In this document: one piece after another, positions 25,145-38,249 of the stretch
Layout of the letters: each line of letters opens with the position of its first letter
Numbering within the stretch: position 1 is the stretch's first letter
NCBI GenBank assembly: GCA_046563655.1
Contig: CM102288.1
Location: forward strand, 744,001-808,000
Origin: Yuukianura sp. NJ FZ-2021
Lineage: Eukaryota
Direction of reading: 5' to 3'
Length of the DNA: 64,000 nucleotides
Made by a program: the position numbers and the translations under genes
The notes under the pieces: model-generated
Told to the model about the DNA's origin: nothing
The model's input: only the letters and a program-made list of their open reading frames with translations
Database searches by the model: none

Positions 25145-26004
25145 ATGGAACCCTTAGGAGAAGGTTCTGGATCCAGGATTTGAAGGACTTAGGCTCGACT
25201 ACCGTTGGTGGAGACCACTAGTGCTAGTCTCTAGGAAATTGGAGGATAATGGGAAAGCAAGAGGCAATCCCTCTGCTCAAAGCACTTCCGCACTCTCCTT
25301 TCTCTCGGAAACAGAAAGCACACTTTCCACTCTCACTTTTGAAAAGAAGAAACAGACGCTAAAATCAAATGTTTTTGGTTTTTGATCTTTTGATTGATGG
25401 AGTACAGTTTACTTTGGGTTCTTTAAATAACAAATGCTCAGATAAATATTTCATGGAATTTAAAACATAACAAAACTCAGAGCGTTGTACAAAATGTTAA
25501 CCGAACTGGTTCAAATTTTCCAAAATTTTTAAAAATGGAAATTGAAAATTTTGAACATCGTTAAACAAAAGGAGGAGGGTTTATTTGAACAGCTTCAATC
25601 ATGGGAAAGAATCCCATCAAAAGCCATGAGACCAAGAGCCGTAGGAAAATACACGGGTGAAAGCCAAACAAAAATGGAAAATCCTGAATTTTTAGTACCA
25701 AAACACGGACTTCCGGTTCTTCAACAACAAAGTCAACTAAAACAAAGTCAACAGAAAAAAGGTCTACAACATTTTTCAATCGCTTGTTACATTTGTTCCA
25801 TCCTTAAAAAATTATCAAACATTTCACTCTTCAACAGCGTTCAAAATTTCGTAGGACGTATCAATTCTTTAAAATTTGTGTACAGTTTCGTATGATCGAG
25901 GCGTAAATTTTATAAATTTTGACAATTCCATTTTTTTCAAATTCAAATACGATTAGCATTGAAGGTTGACTGGGAATGTCAATTTTTCAATTGAGCTCCC
26001 ACTG

Positions 26005-26653
26005 CAGTGTTGGCAGCTCCCCCACCCCACTGGGGACGGGGATGGGGATTATTGGGGTTTTCCCCACCCTCGGAGGTGGGGATTTGGGGCTGTGTGGGGA
26101 TTTAGTTTTTTTTATCCAAAATGGCTGACGTTTTTTTGTGTTTTTCAATATTATAATAGGGAAATAATGGGATTCTAAACGTCAGGCATTGAATATTTTA
26201 TACTATATATTATTTATACATAAATTATATTTATTATATTACATTTATATAATAATATATGTACATATTATATTACAGGAATTATAAATATCATTAGGCA
26301 TAGCTTTTTATATTCTACGTAGTCATAAAGTAATAATAATTGTATTATAATATACTATAAATAATATAACAATAATTATATTATATATTATAAATAATAT
26401 TTAATATAAAATAATCAACGCCGGAATCAAATTAAAAAGTTTGATAACGATGGATAACAACAAAGAAGAAAATGGGATGGAGTGTGGGAATGTTCGGGGT
26501 GGAGTTACACTGAATTCTGGGTTTGCGCAGACGCTGCGCATGCGCTGTACAAAACATCGCCAGAGCCCCGATAATCCCCAAATCCCCGGGGATTTGGGGT
26601 TATCCCCAATTCCCCGGGGAAATCATCAAATCCCCGGGGAAAAGCCAACACTG
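26005..26653. mobile_element. hAT-type MITE, 649 bp
   Basis: TIR CAGTGTTGGC/GCCAACACTG. Perfect 8-bp TSD TCCCACTG (25997-26004 and 26654-26661). Subterminal GGGGA/TCCCC arrays and an AT-rich core. Confidence 0.9.
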
Positions 26654-27983
26654 TCCCACTGATTCCATTTCATTGAATCCGTTTCCTCATGACTTGTCAA
26701 CGTTACTACAAAAGAACAAAAACGGAGATTTGAAGCAAAAAATCCTATTGGGCCACGCACAACTGGCGTTTCTTTACTCTTTTCTCTTGTCTTCACTTTC
26801 TCTTTTGTTAGAATAAAAAAAGACAAAAACTAAAAAGGAAATAAAAAGTAAAGTTTAAGATGCCAAAGTAAACGGAAGGAGGAGGCTTCTTACCAGAAAC
26901 TTTGTGCTTTCACTTCCCCCGCCAACACAAACCTATCTGCCACCCCATGTGTTGGTCCTAGATAAATCTTTTTTCTGTAGAAGAGGGAAGCTATCGTGCC
27001 TTATTCCCTCATCCATCCATCCACAAGTTCCAAGTCAGAAGTTAGACAATGGAAACACTTTCTCCCATCATTTCTTTTGTTAGGTTAGTCTGTGCTTCTT
27101 CCTTGATGTGGTCCGTATGCTATGGGAGCCACGATCAGGAAACTCCATCTCTCTCTACAACACAATCTCCTCACTCACAGGTGGGTGTGGACCAACTTCC
27201 GCACAAAAATAGACAAAAGACAGAAAAAATGGAGAAAACCTAACTTAAAAAACTTTTTTTTTCTTGCTACTTTCACCAGAATCTGAAAAAAACAACAAAT
27301 GTAACGAAACAAAACCGCCCACAACTTTATTTGTTTATCATTTTATTTTTTCACCATTTTTCTTTCCCCCAGGTTCGTTCGATTTCACGGTTTCATTGAA
27401 GTTTGACCAAAGCAATTCCGTAGTTTGTGTATTAGGCAGAACTTTTAAATTTTGGATGGATAAAAACATGAGAAATAAAAATTTGAAAAAAAAACACGGA
27501 AAAAAGGAAATTCGACATTGGAAATTTCAGCAGACGAAATGAACGAGGTGAAAGTCTAACAGTTTCAATTAGAGAAGAAGAGAATGGCTACATGCATTCA
27601 TTGTATTTTTTGTTACACAAGCTAGCCACGAGTAACTTCTACCAATCTAGGTTACATTTTTCGTAATTTTTTTCCCACTCAAGAGTGAGAGCGTTATTGT
27701 ACAATTGGAGTGGAGAAGCTTAAGAAGTGTATCTATTTCTTAGTAAAAAGTTTGGAATGGAAACACGTTTGTGGATTTGGCAGACCCCGAAGACCTGAAA
27801 TGTGCCAAACTTTCTTTTCAAAATGACGAGAAAGCATACGGAAAAAGAAAAAGTGAAAGTTGTGTACTGGGTTTTTCTTTTTGTGAAAGAAGTAGTGGAA
27901 AAGTAACCTTAGCCTTGTGCATTAAGCCGCACAATGAAGCCCTATTGATCCAGTTTCAGCATGATCTTGTACATACATACATA

Positions 27984-28077
27984 CCGTAAAAGTTCTAATA
28001 ATAAATCCGGTTTCTAAAAATTGTAGCCCATTTAGAATTCAATCCTGGGGACTCTACTTCTAATAGAACTTTCACGG
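27984..28077. mobile_element. Tiny MITE, 94 bp, TA target
   Basis: TIR CCGTAAAAGTTCTAATA versus CCGTGAAAGTTCTATTA (reverse complement of the right end), TA on both flanks. Confidence 0.7.
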
Positions 28078-31000
28078 TATTAGGAGTGGATGTTCGTGCT
28101 GTTGCTCTGAGGACAGTGTAACACCAAATATTAGAAAGCCCTACAGAGAAACTAGACTAAAAAGCATTAGGTTTTCTAGTGAAACGAGACACTCGAGTTA
28201 CACGTTTCAGCAGAAACCTTTGAAACTGCGGAGTTGCTTTTTGCTACAAAGTTACAAAATCCAAGTCATGTTGTACAGCGCGCAGAAAGATTTGGACGCC
28301 TGAGGCGTCTCATCTTTCTCCTATCATCTCCTAGGTTCATTTTCACTTGAAGACTGAGCTGCTAGTGCAAAATGCCTGCTGGGCTCACACGTCGGCTCAA
28401 TGATTTATTTCCACCAAAAACAAAAACACCATGCCCTTCAGCCCTAATTTTCTTTAACATTTCTCTAGAAGCTTCAACCTAAAACATAACCTAACAAAAA
28501 CTAACTTTAACACAGGAAAAGTTAGCTTATGCCAAGAGAAAGTTAGGACATAGGGTCCCTTATTCCCATAATGAACTGGGAGCTCATTTTTTTGATCTTT
28601 TTTTCTTAATTAAATGAAACATCATGACTTAAGAGACGAGGATGAAGTTGCTCAAGATGTTGGTTTTGGCGGGAAAAGTAAAGCTTAACATTAGGTTTTC
28701 AGAAAATGTTATGTTATGTTAGTTTTAACTTAATATTAACTTTTAAGAAGACAGACTTAGACTAACATTACGTTTTTATGGAACGAGAGAAAGTGAGTGT
28801 ATTTTGGTAGTAGAAGATTAAAAGCTTTTAGTACCAATAGGATTTGCAATTAGTTATTTCAACTTTCTCCCACTTTTTTTTTTCGCTGAGTTTCTCTTTT
28901 TTGTAACGCAGGAAGTCATCGGAATGCTGGAAAGGAAAAACAACATAAAGATTTATGTTTTTTGGAACTGAAGCAGTAAAGTTGAGAACATTGGAAATTC
29001 CAAATTGTGTATTTTGAACTGAAATGAATTTCCGGAAGGAGGTTGAGGCGTTAGCATTAATGTTCGGACGTGAGTGAAAGTAAAGAGAAAGGCAAGGAAT
29101 AGGCCAAAGCTAAGGTCTAGAATTGACTACCTTCCCAATTTCCCTTGACATTCAACTTCATTTCATGCTCAGCTAGAATCCCATTACTCACTTTTCATTT
29201 TCACTACTGCTTACTGTATCTTCTAAAGTAAAGAGAACCTAAAGGTTATGCTATCCTGGCCTAACGTGACCTACTTTGACTTGCAAACAAGCCCTGCTTT
29301 TGAGAATTCAGAAGGAGAAGTGTATCACTTTAGTTAATTTAATTTAAAACAAGACTAAATCCACCCCAATTTGAGACTAATTTGAGTCAAACGAAGGTTT
29401 TCAAAGTACTAAAGTAAAAACCGTGTTTTGGAATGATGAGCCTTCCAAAAGTATAACTGAGACGTCTGTAATCCATCTCCATTTGGAAACTGTAGAAATA
29501 CTCTCTTCAGCAGAATTTAATTTGAGTTGGGTTAGTATAAGTTAACCCAAGTCGAGATTTGAACTTTAAAGTAAGTTTCAAGTGCTAAGTAAACTTGGGA
29601 AGAAGGAAAGCCCATCGTCTCAAATTCTCAAAGTAAACAGTAAGCGACCAAATAGTGGATCTAACATCACAAGACGACGCAAATCCTGCAATTTCGTCGA
29701 AAGTAATTTCAGCGACAGGAATCGTCCACAACTGTGTCAAAATGTGTCGGTTTTTCTACTGATGAACTGTAACGTATTCTTTAAAAGGAAATTATAGACA
29801 TTATCATAATTTTTAGGTGAAGAAAATGCCACTTGAAAATTCTGCCACGAAAAGAAATTAATGCTAAATGTGTACAACAGTTTCGGGGTTTCTAACTGTT
29901 GTGTCTGTTAAGTTGAAGCTTCTCAAGAGTAGACTAGACAATTTAATTTATTTTTTTTTTGTTTTCGACGGTTTTAGTTTTCGCTGATTTTCCTATTCGA
30001 CGATTTTGGCCATTCGATGATAACGACGAGATATAAAAGCTGAGGTAGTGGCTTTTTCCAGGTTACCTGCAATGCAATAACGTTCTTTTCTGAGGCGTTA
30101 GACTGGGTTATGTTTTGTGTAGACTTTGGTGAAACTTTCACCGTGAAAGTTGCATTATCTTGGGTGGTTTTAAGCGAAAGAAACCATGAAAAATGTATTT
30201 CCCGGGGCCTTTGTTTGCCCTTTTGTCTGCAATGGTGGTCAGAGGGGACATTTTAGCATGATTAAGTCTAAAGTCTTGTGCTGAAGATGCTTCTGTGGTG
30301 TCAACTTGAGAGCTTCGTGGAAAGGCTCGTAAGATTTCGGAGGATCCTGAGTTAAGGTTAGGCTGTAAGACTGGTTTTAGAAACGTAGTTTTTAGAAAGT
30401 CTAATGAGAAGTGAGAACGGCGGGTGTCGCGTGTCACACGGAACAGACACGAAGATTCCATTTCCATTGGAAACGATTCCTTTCAGCCCAGCGCTTCCTC
30501 GCTTCTGCTCAAACGGAACTTTTTTGTTCAAAGGAAACTCAGCTTTCAGCGTCTTTTCGCACTTTGGTAAAGAAAAAAATTGATCAAAAAACATTAGGCT
30601 AATGACAACGTAAAAGAATACGATGTATCTCAAATGGGAAGCGTCACAAATTTTGAAACACCAAAGAAAATGAGTTGAACAAAAGCGAAAAAAAAGCAAT
30701 TTCATTCCAGAGCATTCATCATGGTTGTCATAAAAGCTCAAGTTTCACGGTATAAAAAAAATGCTAAAATGTTGCGCAACTTGGTTGGAAATGATATAAT
30801 TTTGTTGCGCAACTTAAACATTCGTTAAATTTTTGAAAACTAAAGATTAAGAATGGGAAGGTAATATTCAGTTACCTCTGCTACGTTCGCTTGGATTCAA
30901 TGAATTCTGAGATCACAATTTTGTTTAGAATTTTTTCTTTTTCCAAAATTTTGAAATGAATTTTGAAAACTAGATAAACTTTTAAGGTGAGTATTAATTT

Positions 31001-32539
31001 CAAAGTTTAAAATGCTAGTTTAGACTTTCTAATGGTACAGCAGAAGCTAATTTTTATAACTTTTTAACAGGGAAAGTTTGGATCCTAGCTTTAGCGAATC
31101 AATTTTGCGGCGCAAATATTTGAATTTCGGGTTTCAGGAGAAAGTTGGATTAAAAAAAGTTTTTGACTCGATTTTTTTAGTTTTTTGAAAAAAAGAACCA
31201 AGATTAATTGAATTACTATGTTAGTTTCCATTGGGGCCTTAATGGAATTTAGTCAAATGGAAAATTACAAAGAAAGATTTAGAAAAAGCTCGTAAATGTA
31301 AAATGTTAGTTTGGATCAAAAATAACAAGAAATTTAATTCCCCGCCAGATCTAATTCCGTGTAACTTTTTTTCTCGACCTTTCCATCCATTTCCTCATCT
31401 AACTCAAACTTTTTTTTTTGAAAATTGCCGGGTGAAAGTAAATCATTATTTCTCCCATTTTCCTCTTTTCCCGTCTTCCACCTCGCAGAATCCAATTCCA
31501 AACTTTTAGTTTTGTTCTTCCTTTTGTGCCAAAATGTCAAAAGTTTATGAAAGCAGGAAGAACAATGAACATAAGCCTTCATAAGGATTAAGTCAGCAGT
31601 TTAATTAACTAATTGCAATTTGCCATAATGAACTAACTTTGAAAAACAACAAAAACCCAGGGGTCACAATGTTAATCAGGAAGAATTTTTGTGTTAATCC
31701 TGTGTGTTGTGAACGTTCACGTTCATGAACGTTAGAAGTTGTTTCTTCAGCGTTGTGAAGGAATTTCGCTGGCGCTTGAGTCTTCTTACTACTCTCCAGA
31801 CGAACTTTTGCAACGACAATTTTTTAGCTACTTTCAGCGAAATTCTGCGTTCTTGTAGTGTCAGTCTCTGCTGTATACTTGACCCCAATTTTCCTGGAGC
31901 ACGGTCATAATTTTTTTAAGCCACAAAGTACCCCGTAATTTGTTTATTCCCCGGTGACTAATAAACTGCTGCCTCCTCAGCACTACTCAACTCAAACCCT
32001 TCCGAATGCTAAATTTATTCAAGAAAGATGACTCTTGTGACAAGGCACACAAGAAACTAATGAACGCCATTCTTTGTCTTTTCCAACGAATTTCACTCTA
32101 CTTTTCAAAGGAGGTGAACTTTCTCTTTACTTTAACAGTCTAACATCAGAATCTAATCTTCTGGATTTTGCACTTGACAGGCAATTCGCATCATCATGCA
32201 AAAAAAAAGAGGCAGCTCACACTTGGAGTGCTTCCTTCGTGTGCTCATTCATAATTGAAGGGAAACTGGGATTTGAGGGGAGTAGGCCAAGGGATGTGCA
32301 GGGGAAAATGAAAATTGCTTTCTCCACTTTCACCAGGATCCTCATTCACTTGATGATCGAACGGAGTTAGGCTAAACTAAGCTAACAAAATGCGCTATGG
32401 AAAACCAGAAGTTTTCACGCGAATACACTAAACGAGATGGACGGTTGGACACGTTCACATTCCATTTCAACATCAGCATCATAACGGCATACAGTTCACA
32501 AAATATGCATAATTAACGATTCCATTGCGAATACTTACC

Positions 32540-32788
32540 CAACCGAAATTCACAACCACGCCGAAATACTTGCACAATCCACGTCGAAATATTTTTAACC
32601 CCTCGCCGAAATATGTGACTATGCTGAAATACTTCGAAATATAACACCTGAAATACCTGAAATACTCGGATATTCCAAATTATTACACTCTTAATAAATA
32701 CTTGAACGCTCCGCCGAAATACTTAGCTACTTAAAAAAGTTCACTCCGAAATACTTCATTCCCCCGAAATACTTTACTTAGAGCACTG
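32540..32788. repeat. Array of about 11 [CT][CT]GAAATA(CT) motifs, probably one end of a CAGTG-type DNA transposon
   Basis: Motif recurs at about 32543, 32561, 32584, 32606, 32624, 32634, 32648, 32657, 32714, 32746 and 32764. The array ends in GAGCACTG (CAGTGCTC on minus). The matching other end is not seen. Confidence 0.55.
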
Positions 32789-34604
32789 GGAGTAGTTTAA
32801 AGTGAGAGATGGGGTGGACGGGGTTGTTCGTTGATTGCGTAGTATGTGGGCGCAGCATTTCCAGCATTTTGGACTGTGCAAACCATTTGGTTTCCCTTCT
32901 GTGGTTTTAGAGTTTGGATTTGGACCAGATGAAAGCTCAGGGAAAAGAGAAAGTAAAGCCTAATTTATGAGCGGCAAAGAGAAAGTAATTTTCAAAGACT
33001 TTTAGCTCCAAAAATTCCTAAGGGAAATGGATCTATCCTGTCTAAAAACAGCCACTTTTTGGCATTCCCCAAAGTAACTCTTTTGACATCAATCCAGTTT
33101 CCTCAGTAATCAACTTTTGCACTGTACACCCTAAATTACTAAAATTTCACCTTTGATTTAAATTTCAAATTTGGTTTTTTCTTTCTTTCTGGGAAAATAA
33201 AAAAGTTTGAGGTTTATGGATGTCTTGACTTGGAATGACATAATGATGTACTAAATTTTAGGAGTTTTGGTAGTCAGAAAGGAGTTAAAAAATGCAATAA
33301 CACTAAAAGTCTGAATGTGGTTCTTTATTTTTTCTGAAAAAAAGAGAGAGAGTCATTTGTCCATAAGGAATGAAGGTAAAAGCACTTTGGTCTTTAGACT
33401 TTCCCGTACTTTCTCCATGTCATAACTATTAAAGTAAATTGAATAATAAAATGAACCTCTTCCAACTCCATTTCTGTCAAGAACAACTCCAGAGTCCATG
33501 AAAAACTTCATTTGTAATTAAAACCGTCACGGGTCATGCAAGAGGCCAGAGGTCAACATTTTTCTTCCAAAAAAAACCTGCTCTAGTTTTAGAAAATTGC
33601 TTTCGAGTATATTTGATTTCCAGTAGTTTTTTTTCTGGAGAAAGTTTTTTTCTATCTTTTTTATGAAATGGTCCAATCCATTAAGTTTCGATTCCTTTCC
33701 TCTTCATTTTATATGTGCGGGAATCATCTAAAGGTAAAGGTTTTCATAAAATTTAAAGTAAATCCTAACTTAAAGTCTAAGCTGAAGAGTAAGTTCTGAC
33801 TTAAAAATGAAATCTTCTTCTCAATGCCTTCGGTTCAATTCAATTTCCCAAAAAATCTGACAAGGATTCCTTCCTACAATTTGGAAAGATGAGTAAGAAA
33901 TTTCTACTTTTTAGAACAGGTATTTTTTTGGAAAGTGAATTTTTTTTACTAAATTGAAAGGAAATTGGATTGGAAAAGGGAAGGAAAGAATTTTTCAAAG
34001 AAATTTTCTCTCTTTTTTGCTTCTTCTTTTCCTGTGTACATGCCTCCAGCTGTGCTTCGAATCTTAATAAAGACTTGTCATTTTCATTGAAATCTGCGAC
34101 ATATTCTGAAGAAAAGGACTTTTCAAAAAAGAAATTTTGTGTATACAATCAACTGTGTACATCCTTCGATTTTTCCTGGAGTTGATGTGAAAGAAGTAGC
34201 ACTTCAAAAAATAAGACTTTCACCTTATCAGTAATCAATTTGTCACTGGATTTCAATAAGAATGGGAAGTGATGGTACATTTTTGAAACGAAAAATCCGA
34301 AAAAGAGGTTTTCTATTTCTGCGTTAAAAATTTAAAAATGAAAAGAAATGCTAAAAAAAGTTATCAAAATTAACAGTTTTTCGTCAACAAAAAAAGAACA
34401 CATTAACTGAAGTCTTTGAACTAATTCTTATAAGAAGTTGTGAATTCATCGCCATGGCAGAAAATCTTAGCACACAAAAATTCAACAAAACACAATCACA
34501 AACTTTTTTTTCTGAAAATTCTAATCATAATTTCCAAAACATTTTTACTTTTACAGTTTTCACTTTTTTTTTCGTTTGAACTTTTACAACTAATGTGCTA
34601 AAAA

Positions 34605-37600
34605 ATGGACGACACGTATTTGGCCAGTGAATTTTTGGGTGAAGAGTGGTATGACGAAGAGGATGGCGAAGGTCGTGACCTGCGAACTTCTATTCACGAG
34701 GTCAATGACCTTCCGTCTGCTCTTGCCGCATTGCCGAATGACCTTGACCCAGAACAAGCCTATCCAGAGAGTACTGGATTCTCTAATCTTGATTCCGATC
34801 AGGGTTGGTGGAGGATAGGGTTAACCGTTCCGGAGCCTTTTTGAAAAAAACACACTTTTTGAGCTGGCTGACTTCGATCAGCTAACTACATCTGTTGCTA
34901 TGACGATTTTTAATTTTTAATTTGTAGGTACATAGCGAATCTTCATAAGCGGTGAATTGGAATGCACTTGTGATGTAGGGTGAGGAAGAGAATAATTGCC
35001 ATATCTCTTGATAATAGGGTTGCCGTCGTTTTCTGGAAAAACGAAAATCTCGTTCGTTTTGCTGTTATTACCCCATTTTTGGAAAACGATAGCTTTCGTT
35101 CCGTTTTCGTTTTTGAGAAAAAACCGAAACTCAAAATTCCCTCAATTTCTTTCAAAAAAAGAATAAAGGAAACTAAACGAAATACATGCAAGAAATGATA
35201 AGACAAATCACGCCACAATCTACAGTTACCAGGAATTTGTGTATTAAGTAGTTTAATAATAAATACGTTGGGAAAAGTAATGCTCAAAATTGAGTGAATT
35301 TCCCAGTTTTCCTGCAAAAAAAAAAACTATGCATAAGCAGAACTCTTTGTTTGTTTTTTTCGTGTCGTTTACTTCGTTTTTCTTTTTTTTTTTGGGCCGT
35401 TTTCGTTTTTTGGAAAATCTCGTTTTGTTTTCGTTTTCCCTTGTCTCGTTTTCATTTTCTTGAAAAATGAAACGAACGACGGCAATCCTACTTGATGATC
35501 GTAATGGTTCCACTGTCTCATTCGACTTCCTCCGACAGATTTCGGTTGAGGTAAACCGAACGTAGCGATTCAAAATATTCTTGGTTAGGTTAATTTAATT
35601 TAATCTTTAGGTTAAAATCCTTTGTTCCAAATCAAAATGTTGTTCAAGACATAATTTTTAATTATACAAAATTAAGTAACTCATAAGAGAGAAGGCCAAA
35701 ATCAATTAAATTTAATGATTGGTTGTACCAAATTTATCATCAAGAACTTTAAGAAACGCACTGTACAAAAAATTAATTTATTTGAAATTGTTTCCACAAC
35801 AAACAAAGCTGGTTGAAAAAATTCAACCAGCTCAAAAAGTTTGTTTTTTTCAAAAAGGCTCCGGAACGGTTAACCCTATCCTCCACCAACCCTGATTCCG
35901 ATGCTACTGCGTTCCTTACGGATGATTCTCAAGAGATTGAAGAAACGGAAGAAAGTGAATGCGATTCTTTCATTCCTCCAAATGAACAATTTGTAGATGA
36001 AGCCGGTAAGTTTTGTTTTCGATTTCTAACAGTTTTAATCGATTAATCTCATGCCATACAACTCTCAATTATACTACACACTTTTTGTCATCGTGTGCTA
36101 AAATTGTGAAAGTTTGAACCTTCTACCAAAAATATAATGAAAAATTGGACAAAGATTCTTTCAGATTTTCGAGAAACATTTTATACTGTTTTCGAGAAAT
36201 TGAAATTCGGAACTTTTGTAGTTTTTTTTTTTTTTTTTTTTTTTGAAATTTTTGAACAGTGAATTTTTTAAGCTGTATTGCGGATTGGTTAGAATGTAGC
36301 ACTTCACCCCAACACTTGAACTCTGTTTCAAGAGCTCTTAGAAAATTAATTGAGAGCAGCAGAGAATCGTGTTCTAAATAGCAAATGAGGGCGAACCGTG
36401 CCGAAACTCGTTCAAATTTCAAGTATCCCAAAACACAATTGGAATGTTGATGGTGCTTCGTGTTCTTTGTTATTTCAGGAAACATGGAACCTGTTCCCAG
36501 TCGACATGTCTCTAAAATGCGGTTTTGCTCAAGAGATGAAGCCCAGAAAATGGCAAATTACGTCCTTTCCGTTCTGGAACAAGATCTGTTCAACTACTTC
36601 GAAAGAGAAGAAGAAGAAGAAGATCATGAAGATCACTTCCATTTGCATTCCCTGTCATCAGCCTCCATTGACTCCAACTACTCTGACCCCCTTCCAGGAG
36701 AGCCTTCTACCATGAAACTCTTCTATGAAGCTGAACCCACCACGGACATGCGCTATGCCGATCCAAATGCCACCATGATCGACGTCCAAACGCAAGTCAA
36801 CTTTCATCGTCCAGGAAAAACGCAAGGAAAAAAAGACGGATCAAGTATAACCAAGGAGATGACATTTGTGGACGACACGACGGCGGAACTTGTGTTTCGA
36901 CATGAATATCCCCTCAAAGATGACTACAAACCGCCTGTAGTGCCTTCGAGACAAGCTTCTCTGGATGCAGTGAGGAAATCGGCGGCTCAAAGTAATGAAA
37001 TGGTGGATCGACCTTTGGTGGGGCCCAAGATTCGGTGGAGCAAACAACGGCGGCTCCTTCCCCCGCTGCCTCAAAACTACTTCAAAGAGGAAACATTCTG
37101 GACGGGATCCGTTTTTAGGGGAAAATACCTCAACCGCCAATTTGCGCACGGACGATTTGAGTATCCGCTTAGTAAGTTTTACTCACTAAATTCCAAATTC
37201 AATTTCATTTAATGGTCATTCTGTTAAATTTTGTTGAGGTTTTGAGAAATTTGTCAAATTAGATTTTCGACATTTGGAAATTTAAATTTCCTGTTTTGGT
37301 TTTTCAAATTGTAGTGTCTGTTTACGAGAGTGAGTTCAAGGACGGGCATGTTCACACTGACAAGCATTTGGGCTGTGTCGTTTACCCAAGAGGAGACAAA
37401 TTTGAAGGCGAGTGGGTCAAAGGTCAACACATTTCAGGTCAAATTACATTTGCAGATGACCTCAAATTTGAACAACACAATTGGAGTTACTTGACTCCTC
37501 CAGACAGAAGGTAAAATGTTGAACAATTCAAATAGAAAGTGGTAGGTGTTTTGTTTGGATCTGTTTTCAAAATTTTGTTTTTTCAAAATTTTGAATTTTT

Positions 37601-38009
37601 TGTAAACAGATTTTACATTGAAAAGGACGTTGGACTGAAGCAAGCAGGAAAGACGCTGTTCAACGATCGTTTTCCAGCGCCCTACATTGCTCCAGGTGAC
37701 TACGACACTGGCTACGGAATCTTCAACCCTGACACGGGTATTGTACGGGGCTACAGCGGTGAAAAAATACGGTAAAAAATACGTTTACATTTCGTAAAAT
37801 TTACGTAAAAGACGTAAATTTACGTAATTTACTTTAACGTAATGCCATTTCTTATCCTTTGACGCCATTTTAGAGATGCTTCATATCAGGAATGTAAGTG
37901 GATCATGACGGTATGTCGCAAGGTCAAGAAACACAACGAGCGCTACCATCCAACTTTTCACGAGTCGCGTATCCCTGGCTGCTCGGCGGACAAATTTTTG
38001 AAGCAATGA
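34605..38009 (+). CDS. MORN5: MORN repeat-containing protein 5-like with long acidic N-terminal extension
   Basis: Secure exons: 35858-36005, 36479-37171, 37315-37510, 37610-37771, 37874-38009, all phase-compatible. The C-terminal part has MORN repeats plus MORN5 hallmarks TFADDL...W.Y...DRRFY.E...GLK.AG, YDTG.G.FNP and E..WI...CRK. The link to the ATG exon at 34605 is unresolved. Confidence 0.8.
34894..34907. promoter_or_regulatory. RFX X-box-like site at the 5' end of the MORN5-like gene
   Basis: Reverse complement ATCGTCATAGCAAC fits RTHNYYWTRRNRAC exactly and contains the TAGCAAC half-site. Confidence 0.45.
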
Positions 38010-38249
38010 AAGTGATTCCAAAAAACTAAAATACTAAAAATCACTTTTTAAAAAACTACTAAAATGAATTAGTTATTAGATATACTCGTTCATCAAAAAA
38101 TTAAACAACTTTTGCCTAAATTTTTACAGTTTTTTTTTTAAATTCTACATCCGTTTTACTAACGTTTTCAATCGTGCCTGAGAAGTTGCTAAGTCAAGGT
38201 CAAAGTTCGAGAGCAATTATATGATATAGATATGATACAGGTTAGGTCA

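Noticed and set aside
30141..30750. Possible 610-bp element bounded by CCGTGAAAGTTG and CAAGTTTCACGG
   Set aside because: Only 11 of 12 nt match and the left flank lacks the TA target, so too weak to call.
32540..32788. Repeat-spacer pattern reminiscent of a CRISPR array
   Set aside because: Repeats are only 8-10 nt with irregular spacing, no cas genes, eukaryotic context; better explained as transposon subterminal repeats.
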